This document shows, piece by piece, positions 29,950 to 39,621 of a DNA stretch of 64,000 nt. This DNA comes from an uncultured Gammaproteobacteria bacterium. Lineage in GTDB: Bacteria > Pseudomonadota > Gammaproteobacteria > Steroidobacterales > UBA11654. Each line of letters opens with the position of its first letter. Within the stretch, counting starts at the first letter, position 1. The position numbers and the translations under genes are program-made. The stretch spans positions 25,117-89,116 of the forward strand of contig CALMWC010000007.1 in assembly GCA_937801655.1 (NCBI GenBank). Direction: 5' to 3'. The notes below the pieces were generated by a model. That model was not told the origin of the DNA and ran no database searches. It saw nothing but the letters and a program-made list of their open reading frames with translations.

Positions 29950-30687
29950 ATGAAACTTATACCAGCAATTGATTTATTGGATGGAAGATGCGTCAGACTT
30001 CTTAAGGGTGATTTTGGGAAGGTGACATTCTATGATACTAAACCACTGGACTTGGTTAAGAATTATGAGGCGATGGGGTTTAAGAATATACATATTGTTG
30101 ATTTGGATGGAACAAGAGATGGTAAATCAAATAATGGTGATGTTATTGAACAGATTATTGAGAAATCACACTTAAAGATTCAATTAGGTGGTGGTATTAG
30201 AAGCGGCCAAGATATCAGGCAATGGTTGGATACTGGTGTCAATTATTTGATTATTGGGAGTTTTGCTATTGATAGCTTTGATGACTTTTCTCAATCAATT
30301 GAAGAACATGATAAATCAAAGATTATTATTGCCTTGGATGTAATGATCGAGAGCAAGAAACCTATAGTGATGACTCATGGCTGGAAAGAATCAAGCAATC
30401 AGTCGTTATGGAATTTAATTGAGAAATTCAATAAAGTTGGTTTTGATCATTATTTAGTTACAGATATTAGTAAAGATGGAACCCTAATTGGACCAAATAT
30501 TGATCTTTACAAGCAGTGTCTTGAAAAATCATCAGAGTCATCTTTTATAGGTTCAGGAGGTGTATCCAATATTCAGGATTTATACCAACTTAGAGAAATT
30601 GGTATACAGGCTTCAGTATCTGGTAAAGCATTATTGGAGAATAAAATCTCTAAAAAGGAGGTGTTTGAATTCTTACAAGAAGAATAA
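29950..30687 (+). CDS. hisA: ProFAR isomerase
   Basis: IPAIDL..G.CVRL, HIVDLDG, GGGIRS and [13 protein letters not shown] motifs. Confidence 0.96.
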   Translation: MKLIPAIDLLDGRCVRLLKGDFGKVTFYDTKPLDLVKNYEAMGFKNIHIVDLDGTRDGKSNNGDVIEQIIEKSHLKIQLGGGIRSGQDIRQWLDTGVNYLIIGSFAIDSFDDFSQSIEEHDKSKIIIALDVMIESKKPIVMTHGWKESSNQSLWNLIEKFNKVGFDHYLVTDISKDGTLIGPNIDLYKQCLEKSSESSFIGSGGVSNIQDLYQLREIGIQASVSGKALLENKISKKEVFEFLQEE

Positions 30688-31436
30688 TTCCATGTCTTGA
30701 TGTGAAAGATGGACAAGTAGTCAAAGGAATACAATTTAAAAATCATGAAATTGTAGGAGATATCATTGATCTTGCCTCCAGATATAATTATGAGGGAGCT
30801 GATGAGCTTGTCTTTTATGATATAACAGCCAGTCCAGACCGAAGGTCAGTTGATAGAAAGTGGATTAATCTTGTAGCTAAAGAAATCAACATACCCTTTT
30901 GTGTAGCTGGTGGGATAAAAACCATAGCTGATGCTGAGGAAGTTTTAAATTATGGAGCAGATAAAATATCTATTAATACACCTGCTTTAAAAAATCCGGA
31001 TTTAATTGAACAATTAGCTAAGCGTTTTGGCAGTCAATGCATAGTTGTTGGTATTGATAGCTTTGCAATAAAGAAAGATTATAAGGTGCATTTATACACA
31101 GGCGATCCTGACCAATCAAAAGAGTCAAATAAGACCACTAATAGTTGGATAAATGAAGTACAGGATAGAGGAGCTGGTGAGATAGTTCTTAATTGTATGA
31201 ATCAAGATGGAGTAAGGAAAGGCTATGATATTGATCAATTAAGAGAAATGAGAAATCTATGCAAGGTGCCATTAATTGCTTCAGGCGGAGCTGGGAAAAT
31301 GTCGGATTTTTATGATGTCTTTAATCAAGCGGATGTCAGTGGATCTCTTGCTGCTAGTGTTTTTCACAAGAAGATCATTGATATATTAGATTTAAAGAAA
31401 TATTTACAACAAAAACAAATTGAGGTCAGATTATGA
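30669..31436 (+). CDS. hisF: Imidazole glycerol phosphate synthase cyclase subunit (probable ATT start)
   Basis: Frame extends upstream of GTG 30702 as [17 protein letters not shown], bounded by TGA at 30666; [18 protein letters not shown] and IASGGAG motifs. Confidence 0.95.
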   Translation: MLTRRIIPCLDVKDGQVVKGIQFKNHEIVGDIIDLASRYNYEGADELVFYDITASPDRRSVDRKWINLVAKEINIPFCVAGGIKTIADAEEVLNYGADKISINTPALKNPDLIEQLAKRFGSQCIVVGIDSFAIKKDYKVHLYTGDPDQSKESNKTTNSWINEVQDRGAGEIVLNCMNQDGVRKGYDIDQLREMRNLCKVPLIASGGAGKMSDFYDVFNQADVSGSLAASVFHKKIIDILDLKKYLQQKQIEVRL

Positions 31437-31735
31437 GCACAAACAATAACCAATTTATATTTGAGTTAGAGGATATTATAAAAGAGAGACTCACCGAAGG
31501 GTCTGATAAAAGTTACACCTATAAACTGATGCAAGATGGAATCAATCAGGTTGCTAAGAAAGTGATAGAAGAAAGTTCAGAATTTGCTATTGCTTCGATA
31601 CAAAAAAAGAATGATACAAAAGATATTGTATGGGAAGCAGCTGACTTGATGTATCACTTCTTAATTTTATTGAATGCTTCAGGAGTCACTCTAAACGAAG
31701 TTTTTAAAGAGCTTGAGAATAGAAATAAAGGTTGA
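31433..31735 (+). CDS. hisE: Phosphoribosyl-ATP pyrophosphatase (HisE domain only)
   Basis: SYTYKL, KKVIEES.E and EAADLMYH motifs; no cyclohydrolase domain. Confidence 0.9.
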   Translation: MSTNNNQFIFELEDIIKERLTEGSDKSYTYKLMQDGINQVAKKVIEESSEFAIASIQKKNDTKDIVWEAADLMYHFLILLNASGVTLNEVFKELENRNKG

Positions 31736-31772
31736 TATTAGTTCGATGTAATGACGCTGACTGCGTGATGAT

Positions 31773-33188
31773 TTAAAACAACTTATTAGGATTCATTGTA
31801 TTGTTAGGATCAATTGTCTTCTTTATAGCTCGCATCAGGTTCATTTTTGTTTCTTCCGAGAAGAACTCTAGTTCATCTTTTAATTTAGATCCAATTCCAT
31901 GTTCCGCACTGAAAGAGCCACCATATGATTCTGCTATAGTATGCACCAATCTATTTACAGCCTGATTTTTTTCTAAAAAGATATCTTCCTTCATGGCCTC
32001 TGGTTTACTTTTAGTAAAATGAAGATTCCCATCCCCAAGATGACCAAATACAAATACATTTGATGGTCCTAATAAGTCTTCTAATCTACCGATGGTTTTT
32101 TCTATAAATATTGGAATATGCTTAATGGGCACTGAAATATCATGTGCCATGCCTCTGCCATGATGTTTTTCTGCTTCAGAAATACTGTGTCTGATTTTCC
32201 AAAAGTCATTTCTCTCTTTTTCATTTGAAGCAATGACTCCATCAACTAGATTATTTGATTGAACTTCTTCCTCAAGGTAATTCATAATTTTATCGTTATC
32301 AGGGTGATCTTCATGTATGGATACTTCAATAATAATATGCCAAGGATGAGAGGAATCTAATGGGATTCTGTGATTTGGTAGGTATTTTTCCACAGCCTTA
32401 ATGCATGATGAACTCATAATCTCAAAGGCAGTTAATCGATCAGTGAATGTCTTTTTAGAACTTTTAAGAACTTTAATAGCATCCTCAACTGTTTTAACAG
32501 CTACCATTAATGAGCAATAGCTCTTTGGTAGTGTTGATAATTTAATACAAGCTTTTGTAATCAGTCCTAATGTTCCTTCAGCACCAATAAATAATTGCTT
32601 TAAATCATACCCAGTATTGTCTTTTCTAAGACCTTTAAGATCACTTAGAATGCTTCCATCAGGCAAAACAACTTCAATACCCATTATATGCTCCCTTGTC
32701 ATTCCATATGACAACACATTAACACCTCCAGCATTGGTTGATATATTACCTCCTATTTGGCAACTTCCTTCAGCGCTTAAACTTAATGGAAAAAAAAGAC
32801 CATTATCAACAGCATGATCTTGAATGTGAGTGAGGATACAGCCAGTTTCAACAATTATCGATTGATTATGTATGTCTGTTTCAATAATTTTATTCATTTT
32901 GGAAGTATTTATTACAATTTCTAATCTTTTGTTTGTGGAATGAGGAATGTTTGCACCGCATAGGCTTGTGTTTCCTCCCTGAGGGATTACTCCAATATTA
33001 TTTGTATTGCATAGCTTAATGATAGAGGAAACTTCATCAGTTGAAATTGGAAGTATAACAATAGGTGTTTCTCCTTTAATATGCCCTCTCCAATCTTCAA
33101 GAAATTTTTTGACCATATCCGGATCAGTAATGCATCGATCTGCATCTGTTATAGCCGTCATTTCAGCAATCAATTTTTCTAGATGCAT
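31773..33188 (-). CDS. FAD-binding oxidoreductase (D-2-hydroxyacid dehydrogenase/GlcD-like)
   Basis: PQGGNTSL, IGGNISTNAGG, KDNTGYDL, GHLGDGNLH and SAEHGIG motifs; start probably ATG 33188. Confidence 0.9.
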   Translation of the reverse strand: MHLEKLIAEMTAITDADRCITDPDMVKKFLEDWRGHIKGETPIVILPISTDEVSSIIKLCNTNNIGVIPQGGNTSLCGANIPHSTNKRLEIVINTSKMNKIIETDIHNQSIIVETGCILTHIQDHAVDNGLFFPLSLSAEGSCQIGGNISTNAGGVNVLSYGMTREHIMGIEVVLPDGSILSDLKGLRKDNTGYDLKQLFIGAEGTLGLITKACIKLSTLPKSYCSLMVAVKTVEDAIKVLKSSKKTFTDRLTAFEIMSSSCIKAVEKYLPNHRIPLDSSHPWHIIIEVSIHEDHPDNDKIMNYLEEEVQSNNLVDGVIASNEKERNDFWKIRHSISEAEKHHGRGMAHDISVPIKHIPIFIEKTIGRLEDLLGPSNVFVFGHLGDGNLHFTKSKPEAMKEDIFLEKNQAVNRLVHTIAESYGGSFSAEHGIGSKLKDELEFFSEETKMNLMRAIKKTIDPNNTMNPNKLF

Positions 33189-33201
33189 AGTGGTATCTAA
33201 C

Positions 33202-34230
33202 TTATGGATTTTTGTATGTTTTGAATGTTGACCACAGTGCAATAAAAAGAGCAGTCACTACTGGACCAATAATAAATCCTGATAATCCAAATATCGTGAT
33301 ACCACCCAATGTTGATAGAAGAATTAAATAATCCGGTAAATTTGTTTCTTTTCCTACAAGGTATGGACGAAGAAGATTATCAATCAGGCCAATGATAAAT
33401 ATACCTGATACTATTAAAACCAATCCTTTAATTAAGGCTCCATTAAAAATAAGCATAAGAGCTATTGGAAGCCATATTATAGAGGCACCAATGCCAGGTA
33501 CAACACTGAATAAAGCCATCATTGCACCCCATAGAATCGATCCTTCAATATCAAGAGATAGTAATATCAGTCCCCCAATAGATCCTTGAACTATAGCGAT
33601 TAATATAGTGCCTTTAACAGTAGCTTTAATAACAGTTGAAAATTTATTCATTAATAATCTTTCTTGGTCATCATCCATAGGAAAGGACTTAATGCATGAC
33701 TCTATTATTGTCTCTCCATCTCTAAGGAAGAAAAATAATAAGTAGAGCATGATAAAAAAAGAAAGTAAGAACTGAAGTAGATTTTGACCAGTATTCATCA
33801 AAAGAGTGACAATGAATTTTGTTGTCCCTACTCCGATATTATTTAATTGTTCAATGAGTTGATTTGCATTTAATCCTATGGAATCAAGTCGAACTAAGAG
33901 GTTTGGTAATAATGCATTAAACCAATTAACTATTTGCCCTAGATTGTATTCACCCGACTCAATTTTATTTAATATGATTAAAGATTCTGAGCCAATGATA
34001 GTGAAAACAATAAATCCAGGCACTAATACTAATACTACAATAGCGATAATAGTCAGAAGAGAAGCCAGTGAAGGACTCGATTTTTGTTGTATTAGATAGT
34101 TTCTTAAAGGGTAGAATAATATGGATAAAACAATAGCCCAAAGAATCGGTAAAAAGAAGTTCCATAAGATTGCAGTGAATAAAATCGTAATTAAGCTCAA
34201 TACAAATATGAATGCATTTTGACTTTTCAT
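33202..34230 (-). CDS. AI-2E family transporter
   Basis: FFFLRDG, DNLLRPYLVG and GFIIGP motifs; multi-TM. Confidence 0.9.
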   Translation of the reverse strand: MKSQNAFIFVLSLITILFTAILWNFFLPILWAIVLSILFYPLRNYLIQQKSSPSLASLLTIIAIVVLVLVPGFIVFTIIGSESLIILNKIESGEYNLGQIVNWFNALLPNLLVRLDSIGLNANQLIEQLNNIGVGTTKFIVTLLMNTGQNLLQFLLSFFIMLYLLFFFLRDGETIIESCIKSFPMDDDQERLLMNKFSTVIKATVKGTILIAIVQGSIGGLILLSLDIEGSILWGAMMALFSVVPGIGASIIWLPIALMLIFNGALIKGLVLIVSGIFIIGLIDNLLRPYLVGKETNLPDYLILLSTLGGITIFGLSGFIIGPVVTALFIALWSTFKTYKNP

Positions 34231-34298
34231 TTGTGTTTTCTTCTCAAAAATCTTTAAATAAATATAATAGTTATAAATTAAGTTAAATAATACTCATT

Positions 34299-34757
34299 TT
34301 GAATAATATTGTAGACAACATAATAAGGGAGCTTGAGTTTCAAGCTGGAATTGTATTAGGCTCATTTGGTTTGAATGCAGATCTTAAATCAATTCAGAAT
34401 CTACTTAGCAAGGAATCTATTGATAAAGAGTTAAAAGATGCATGTCATATAATATTTAGAACCCATTTTATCAGACAAGCTTTGATAAGAAATGATGCTG
34501 AAGACGCTTGTTATAACTTAATCATTCTTTGGGATCATTGCTCAACTGCAGAAGATACAACTTATAACTCTATTCTTGTTGATTCGATAGATAAGCTTTT
34601 AAAAGTTACTAATAAAAAAACCCAAACCGTTAAGAATAGGCACTTAAGAGTGCTGGAGCTCAATAAAATGAATTGGTCTATCGATGCGATTTCAGCTGAT
34701 ACTGGTTATTCTAGGAGACAAATATCTAGAGTAATTAATGGCCATACTAAAAATTAA
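34299..34757 (+). CDS. Hypothetical protein with C-terminal helix-turn-helix
   Basis: 152-aa ORF; tail WSIDAISADTGYSRRQISRVI is HTH-like. Confidence 0.6.
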   Translation: MNNIVDNIIRELEFQAGIVLGSFGLNADLKSIQNLLSKESIDKELKDACHIIFRTHFIRQALIRNDAEDACYNLIILWDHCSTAEDTTYNSILVDSIDKLLKVTNKKTQTVKNRHLRVLELNKMNWSIDAISADTGYSRRQISRVINGHTKN

Positions 34758-34762
34758 ACTTA

Positions 34763-34839
34763 TGGTCGGGACGAGAGGATTTGAACCTCTGACCCCCTGA
34801 CCCCCAGTCAGGTGCGCTACCAGGCTGCGCCACGCCCCG
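34763..34839 (-). tRNA. tRNA-Pro(GGG)
   Basis: Reverse complement CGGGGCGTGGCGCAGCCTGGTAGCGCA-CCTGA-CTGGGGG-TCAGG...GGTTCAAATCC...CCCGACCA; usual position after ihfA-merR. Confidence 0.97.
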
Positions 34840-34846
34840 TGTAAAG

Positions 34847-35188
34847 TTAATCTAATATGTCTATTAAATTTTCTACTTCTGATTTGATAGCATCTAGTGT
34901 TGAAGATTGAGCTTCTTCATGATTCTCGTCATCACTGAGTTTTTGTTTTGCGCCTTTGATTGTGTAGCCATTACTGTAAAGAAGATCTTTAATTTGTCTA
35001 ATCAGGATGACATCATGTCTTTGGTAATAGCGCCTATTGCCTCTTCTTTTTAGCGGCTTTAATTGTGAAAACTCCTGTTCCCAATAACGTAAAACATGAG
35101 CTTCAACTTCGCATAAGTCACTAGCTTCACTTATAGTAAAGTACCTTTTTGTAGGAATTGAGGGAAGTTGAGGATTAATCTGAGGCAT
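34847..35188 (-). CDS. MerR family transcriptional regulator
   Basis: [18 protein letters not shown] and RRGNRRYY motifs; conserved downstream of ihfA. Confidence 0.93.
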   Translation of the reverse strand: MPQINPQLPSIPTKRYFTISEASDLCEVEAHVLRYWEQEFSQLKPLKRRGNRRYYQRHDVILIRQIKDLLYSNGYTIKGAKQKLSDDENHEEAQSSTLDAIKSEVENLIDILD

Positions 35189-35474
35189 TAGATAGTGTTT
35201 TTACTGCCTCTTTTAATTTTTGCCCAGATTTAAATGTTACAACTCTTCTTGCTGAGATCTCCACATCTTCTCCAGTTCTTGGATTTCTACCAGGTCTTGA
35301 CGTTTTATCTTTTAATTGAAAATTTCCAAAGCCAGACAGCTTAACTTCATGTCCTTCTTCTAGTAGCTTTTTAATGTTATCAAAAAGTGAGTCAACTAAT
35401 TCTTTAGCCTCTCTTTTATTCAATCCTATTTTATCATTAAGATCTTCTACTATGTCTGCTTTGGTGAGTGTCAT
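35175..35474 (-). CDS. ihfA: Integration host factor alpha
   Basis: [23 protein letters not shown] and ARRVVTF motifs. Confidence 0.97.
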   Translation of the reverse strand: MTLTKADIVEDLNDKIGLNKREAKELVDSLFDNIKKLLEEGHEVKLSGFGNFQLKDKTSRPGRNPRTGEDVEISARRVVTFKSGQKLKEAVKTLSNASD

Positions 35475-37516
35475 TGTCTTATTATTATTTCAAAATTAGA
35501 TTGTATATGTTTATTGATATTTATCATGAATTCGTCAATTTCTTCATCGGTTAGGGTGCGTGATTTTGCTTGAAAAATCAAGCCTAATGAAATACTTTTC
35601 TTTTCGGGTTTAATGGTTTTCCCATCATAAATATCAAAAATTACTACATCTTTGAGTTCTTTAATATTCAGTGTATATATCGCTTTAACAACAGTATTAA
35701 TTTCTATGTCTTCAGACATCAATATCGATGTATCTCTTCGAGATGAAGGAAAATATTTTTGTTCTTTATATCCATAAGCAATTCTTTTACTCACAATAGA
35801 GTAATCAATCTCAAAAACTATAGGCTCACTATTAAGATTTAAATCAAAAATAATTTCAGGACTGAGGCTGCCTATGTATCCTATGGTTTTATTTTTGAAA
35901 AGTATCTTTCCAGATTTTCCAGGATGAAGCATTTTATGATTGGATTTTTTATAACTGATGTAGTTAGAAATCCCCAATGATTCAAATAGAATTTCCAGAT
36001 GGCCTTTCATGTCGTAATAATCGACTAATTCAGATGAATAACCCCACTGTTCTTTATTTCTTGACCCATGTATTAAGCCAGATATTTTTTCATCTTCATT
36101 AATTTTATTTTTAGTTCCAGTAAATATCTTACCCACTTCAAATAATCTTATATTTTTATGCTGCCTTTTAAGGTTATGCATAAGATTATTGATTAAGCCT
36201 GGTAGGAGTGAATTTCTCATTACTGACATTTCTATGGAAAGAGGATTTTGTAAATCCATAGATTGACCAATCTTATTTTGATTGAGGTCATTCATTATAG
36301 GACTGACAAAGCTGTAATTAATGACTTCTGAATAGCCTACTCCAGTGAGGATATTGCACAGGTTATTTTTATCTATTAGTCGACTTGATTCATTTATGAA
36401 TTCACTGGGTTCATCTTCAATGCATTCTTTAATGTTGTTATAACCATAGATTCTTGCTATTTCTTCAATCAGATCGCATTCGTCATTAATATCAAATCTG
36501 TAGGGAGGTGCTTTCACATTCCAACCCTGATAGCCAAACTCATTTTCTTCAATATCCATTTTTAAGTTTTTCAGTATTGATAATATTTCTATGTTTGGAA
36601 TTGTGATGCCTAATATTTTTTTAATCTTATTTTTTCTCAAATTAATTGTTTTATTTATCGGTATATATTCCTCAGATATTTTTGAACTAATTGGACCGTT
36701 TTCTCCACCAGCAATCTTATTGAGCAATATTGTAAACATATCAATTGCTTCAATTTGAATCGTTGGGTCTACCCCTCTTTCAAATCTTAAACTCGCTTCA
36801 CTATGAAGGTTTAACATTCTAGGGCAACCCATAATTGTCTTAGGGTTAAAATAGGCAGATTCTATAACTATACTTTTTGTTTGGTCTGTTATCGAAGAGC
36901 TTATACCTCCCATGATACCTGCAATACCAAGTGGTTTATTTTGATCAGCTATGATTAGGAAATTATCATTCAGTGATTTAGAACTTCCATCCAATAGCTC
37001 AATTGATTCTTTGTTGTTAGCTTTTCTAACAACAATAGGAGAATTGATACAATCTAAATCATAGGCATGTAATGGTTGTCCAATTGTAAGCATTACATAA
37101 TTAGTGATATCAACAATAATATTTATTGATTTATAACCGGATTCTTCTAATTTTTGTCTTATAGCTTGGGGTGTTTTTGCATTAGAATTAATATTATTGA
37201 TGATTCTTGTAGCAAAGACAGGGCAGTCTTCTGAGGAAGATACATTAATCTTTACGCTGCGATCATGATGCACTGCAGCAGATTGAAATTTATTTTTAGA
37301 CTGTTTGATTAGATCCATAGCTAATAGCTCATTTGTTATGCCTCTAACACTAAAGCAATCAGCCCTATTCGGAGTGATATCAAATTTAATTATTTCATTA
37401 CTCTTTTGATTGATTATTTCACACTCAACCCCTGACATTGTTAATCGTTCCACAAGCTCACTGCTTGTAAACTTAGATTTACAATGCTCATTAATCCAGT
37501 TGGTTGATAATTTCAT
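35471..37516 (-). CDS. pheT: Phenylalanine-tRNA ligase beta subunit (short, B2 domain absent)
   Basis: [35 protein letters not shown] and RTLTD motifs; only 681 aa. Confidence 0.95.
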   Translation of the reverse strand: MKLSTNWINEHCKSKFTSSELVERLTMSGVECEIINQKSNEIIKFDITPNRADCFSVRGITNELLAMDLIKQSKNKFQSAAVHHDRSVKINVSSSEDCPVFATRIINNINSNAKTPQAIRQKLEESGYKSINIIVDITNYVMLTIGQPLHAYDLDCINSPIVVRKANNKESIELLDGSSKSLNDNFLIIADQNKPLGIAGIMGGISSSITDQTKSIVIESAYFNPKTIMGCPRMLNLHSEASLRFERGVDPTIQIEAIDMFTILLNKIAGGENGPISSKISEEYIPINKTINLRKNKIKKILGITIPNIEILSILKNLKMDIEENEFGYQGWNVKAPPYRFDINDECDLIEEIARIYGYNNIKECIEDEPSEFINESSRLIDKNNLCNILTGVGYSEVINYSFVSPIMNDLNQNKIGQSMDLQNPLSIEMSVMRNSLLPGLINNLMHNLKRQHKNIRLFEVGKIFTGTKNKINEDEKISGLIHGSRNKEQWGYSSELVDYYDMKGHLEILFESLGISNYISYKKSNHKMLHPGKSGKILFKNKTIGYIGSLSPEIIFDLNLNSEPIVFEIDYSIVSKRIAYGYKEQKYFPSSRRDTSILMSEDIEINTVVKAIYTLNIKELKDVVIFDIYDGKTIKPEKKSISLGLIFQAKSRTLTDEEIDEFMININKHIQSNFEIIIRQ

Positions 37517-37519
37517 AAT

Positions 37520-38506
37520 TTATTTAAATTGATTGAGAAAATGCAAATCATTATCATAAAAAAGTCGGATGTCTTTAATTTCATGTCTTAGCATCGCCAA
37601 TCTCTCTACACCCATACCAAATGCATAGCCAGTGTATATTTCTGGATCTATTTTTAGGTTTTCTAAAACTTTTGGATGAACCATTCCACAACCAAGTATT
37701 TCAAGCCAACTTCCATCCTTGGAGAGAATATCAACCTCTGCAGAAGGTTCTGTAAAAGGGAAATAAGAAGGCCTAAACCTCAATTCCATATCTTTTTTAT
37801 AGAACGTATTAATGAACTGATGAAGCATACCCTTTAAATGGGTAAAGTTGATATTTTTATCAATAACAAGTCCTTCAATTTGATGAAACATTGGTGTATG
37901 GGTTATATCAGAATCTCTTCTATAAACTTTCCCTGGAGCAATAACCTTTATTGGAACACCATGTGTTTCCATGCTTCTAATTTGTATTGGGGAAGTATGA
38001 GTTCTTAGTAAGTAGTTTGTATTAAAATAAAAAGTATCATGCATAGCTCTTGCAGGATGATTCTCTGGAATGTTTAAAGCAGTAAAATTATGATACTCAT
38101 CTTCAATTTCAGGACCATCTTCAACTCTAAATCCAGAACTGTGAAAGATGCTTTCTATTTCACGAAGAATAGAAGATATTGGATGTATATTACCTCTGTT
38201 ATTTTTACGGCCATTTAAAGTTACATCAATCGAAGACGATGCAATTTTTTCTTGAATGCTAACATCTGCAAGCACTAGTTTTTTGGTCTCGATCAGTGAT
38301 TGAACTTTTTCCTTTATACTATTAATTCTTTGACCAGCTTTCGGTCTTTCAGGTGGAGTGAGCTTACCCAATGATTTTAATTCTTTGGTTATTTTACCTT
38401 TTTTACCAAGATACTTTACACGGAGTAGTTCAAGTTCTTTTAGATTAGAACACTCTGATATTTCTTGAATTGATTTTGAAGAAAGGTCTGACAAACTGTC
38501 TGACAT
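37520..38506 (-). CDS. pheS: Phenylalanine-tRNA ligase alpha subunit
   Basis: HPARAMHDTF, LRTHTS, FRPSYFPFTEPS and GMGVERL motifs. Confidence 0.98.
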   Translation of the reverse strand: MSDSLSDLSSKSIQEISECSNLKELELLRVKYLGKKGKITKELKSLGKLTPPERPKAGQRINSIKEKVQSLIETKKLVLADVSIQEKIASSSIDVTLNGRKNNRGNIHPISSILREIESIFHSSGFRVEDGPEIEDEYHNFTALNIPENHPARAMHDTFYFNTNYLLRTHTSPIQIRSMETHGVPIKVIAPGKVYRRDSDITHTPMFHQIEGLVIDKNINFTHLKGMLHQFINTFYKKDMELRFRPSYFPFTEPSAEVDILSKDGSWLEILGCGMVHPKVLENLKIDPEIYTGYAFGMGVERLAMLRHEIKDIRLFYDNDLHFLNQFK

Positions 38507-38507
38507 T

Positions 38508-38870
38508 TTATGAATTCTCTAATGCTGATTTAGCTTTCTCTGACAGTACTTTAAACGCATCAAGATCATTGACTGCAAGGTCTGCTAGAATCTTTCTATC
38601 AATTTCTATATTGGCAGACTTTAAACCATTCATAAATTTACTATAAGAAAGATCATGCATTCTTGCCGCTGCATTTATTCTTACAATCCATAGCGAACGA
38701 AATGTTCCTTTTTTCTTTTTTCTATCTCTATAAGCATACTGCCCTGCTTTAATTGCGGCTTGTTTTGCAACCTTAAATAATCTGCTTCTAGCTCCATATT
38801 GGCCTTTAGTCTTTTTTAAGACTTTCTTATGTTTTGCCTTAGATGTAACGCCTCTTTTTACTCTTGCCAT
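38508..38870 (-). CDS. rplT: 50S ribosomal protein L20
   Basis: [22 protein letters not shown] and DRKILA motifs. Confidence 0.98.
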   Translation of the reverse strand: MARVKRGVTSKAKHKKVLKKTKGQYGARSRLFKVAKQAAIKAGQYAYRDRKKKKGTFRSLWIVRINAAARMHDLSYSKFMNGLKSANIEIDRKILADLAVNDLDAFKVLSEKAKSALENS

Positions 38871-38887
38871 TTTTTTTCCTAGTTAGT

Positions 38888-39085
38888 TTAACTGTAAGGT
38901 AGAAGTTTCTTAATGCTCTTAACATCTCCATCAGAAATAATGGAAGAAGCCCTTAAGTGTCGTTTTCTCTTACTACTCTTTTTTGTTAAAATATGATTCT
39001 TATTAGCTGAACTTCTTTTAAATTTTCCCGTGCTGGTTTTTTTGAACCTTTTAGCAGCACCTCGATTTGTTTTTAATTTTGGCAT
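38888..39085 (-). CDS. rpmI: 50S ribosomal protein L35
   Basis: [14 protein letters not shown] and HILTKK motifs. Confidence 0.98.
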   Translation of the reverse strand: MPKLKTNRGAAKRFKKTSTGKFKRSSANKNHILTKKSSKRKRHLRASSIISDGDVKSIKKLLPYS

Positions 39086-39099
39086 AATTTAACCTTTAA

Positions 39100-39612
39100 T
39101 TATTTTGGAGCCACAACCATTATTAGTTGTCTTCCTTCAAATTCAGCTTCCTGTTCAACAGTGGCAATTTCTTCTATATCAGTCAGTACCCTTTTGAGAA
39201 GATCTTGTCCTAATTCTACATGTCTCATCTCTCTTCCTCTATACCTCAGTGAAACTTTAACCTTATTACCTTGTTCTAAAAAATTGGTAATTTTATCAAC
39301 TTTAACATTGTAGTCACCCACTTCAATCAGTGGTCTAAATTTAATTTCTTTAACTTGTATTGTTTTTTGTTTCTTTTTAGATCCTTGCGTTTTCTTTTTT
39401 TGCTCAAATAAGAATTTACCATAATCTAAAAATCTACAAACAGGCGGCTCTGTATTTGGTGAAACTTCTACAACATCCATTCCTTTTGTTTTCGCTAACT
39501 CTATTGCATCCTCTATAGCAAAGATCCCCAATTGTGTTCCATCTTCATCTATAAGCCTTATTTCTGAGGACTTGATTTGTTCATTTTTTCTTATCTTTTT
39601 TCTAGCAGCGAT
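39100..39612 (-). CDS. infC: Translation initiation factor IF-3 (non-canonical ATC start)
   Basis: Frame extends to ATC at 39612 (IAARKKIRKNEQI..IRLID) behind a GGGG RBS; PPVCR.LDYGKF, KEIKFRP and RGRE motifs. Confidence 0.95.
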   Translation of the reverse strand: MAARKKIRKNEQIKSSEIRLIDEDGTQLGIFAIEDAIELAKTKGMDVVEVSPNTEPPVCRFLDYGKFLFEQKKKTQGSKKKQKTIQVKEIKFRPLIEVGDYNVKVDKITNFLEQGNKVKVSLRYRGREMRHVELGQDLLKRVLTDIEEIATVEQEAEFEGRQLIMVVAPK

Positions 39613-39621
39613 ATCTTTCCC

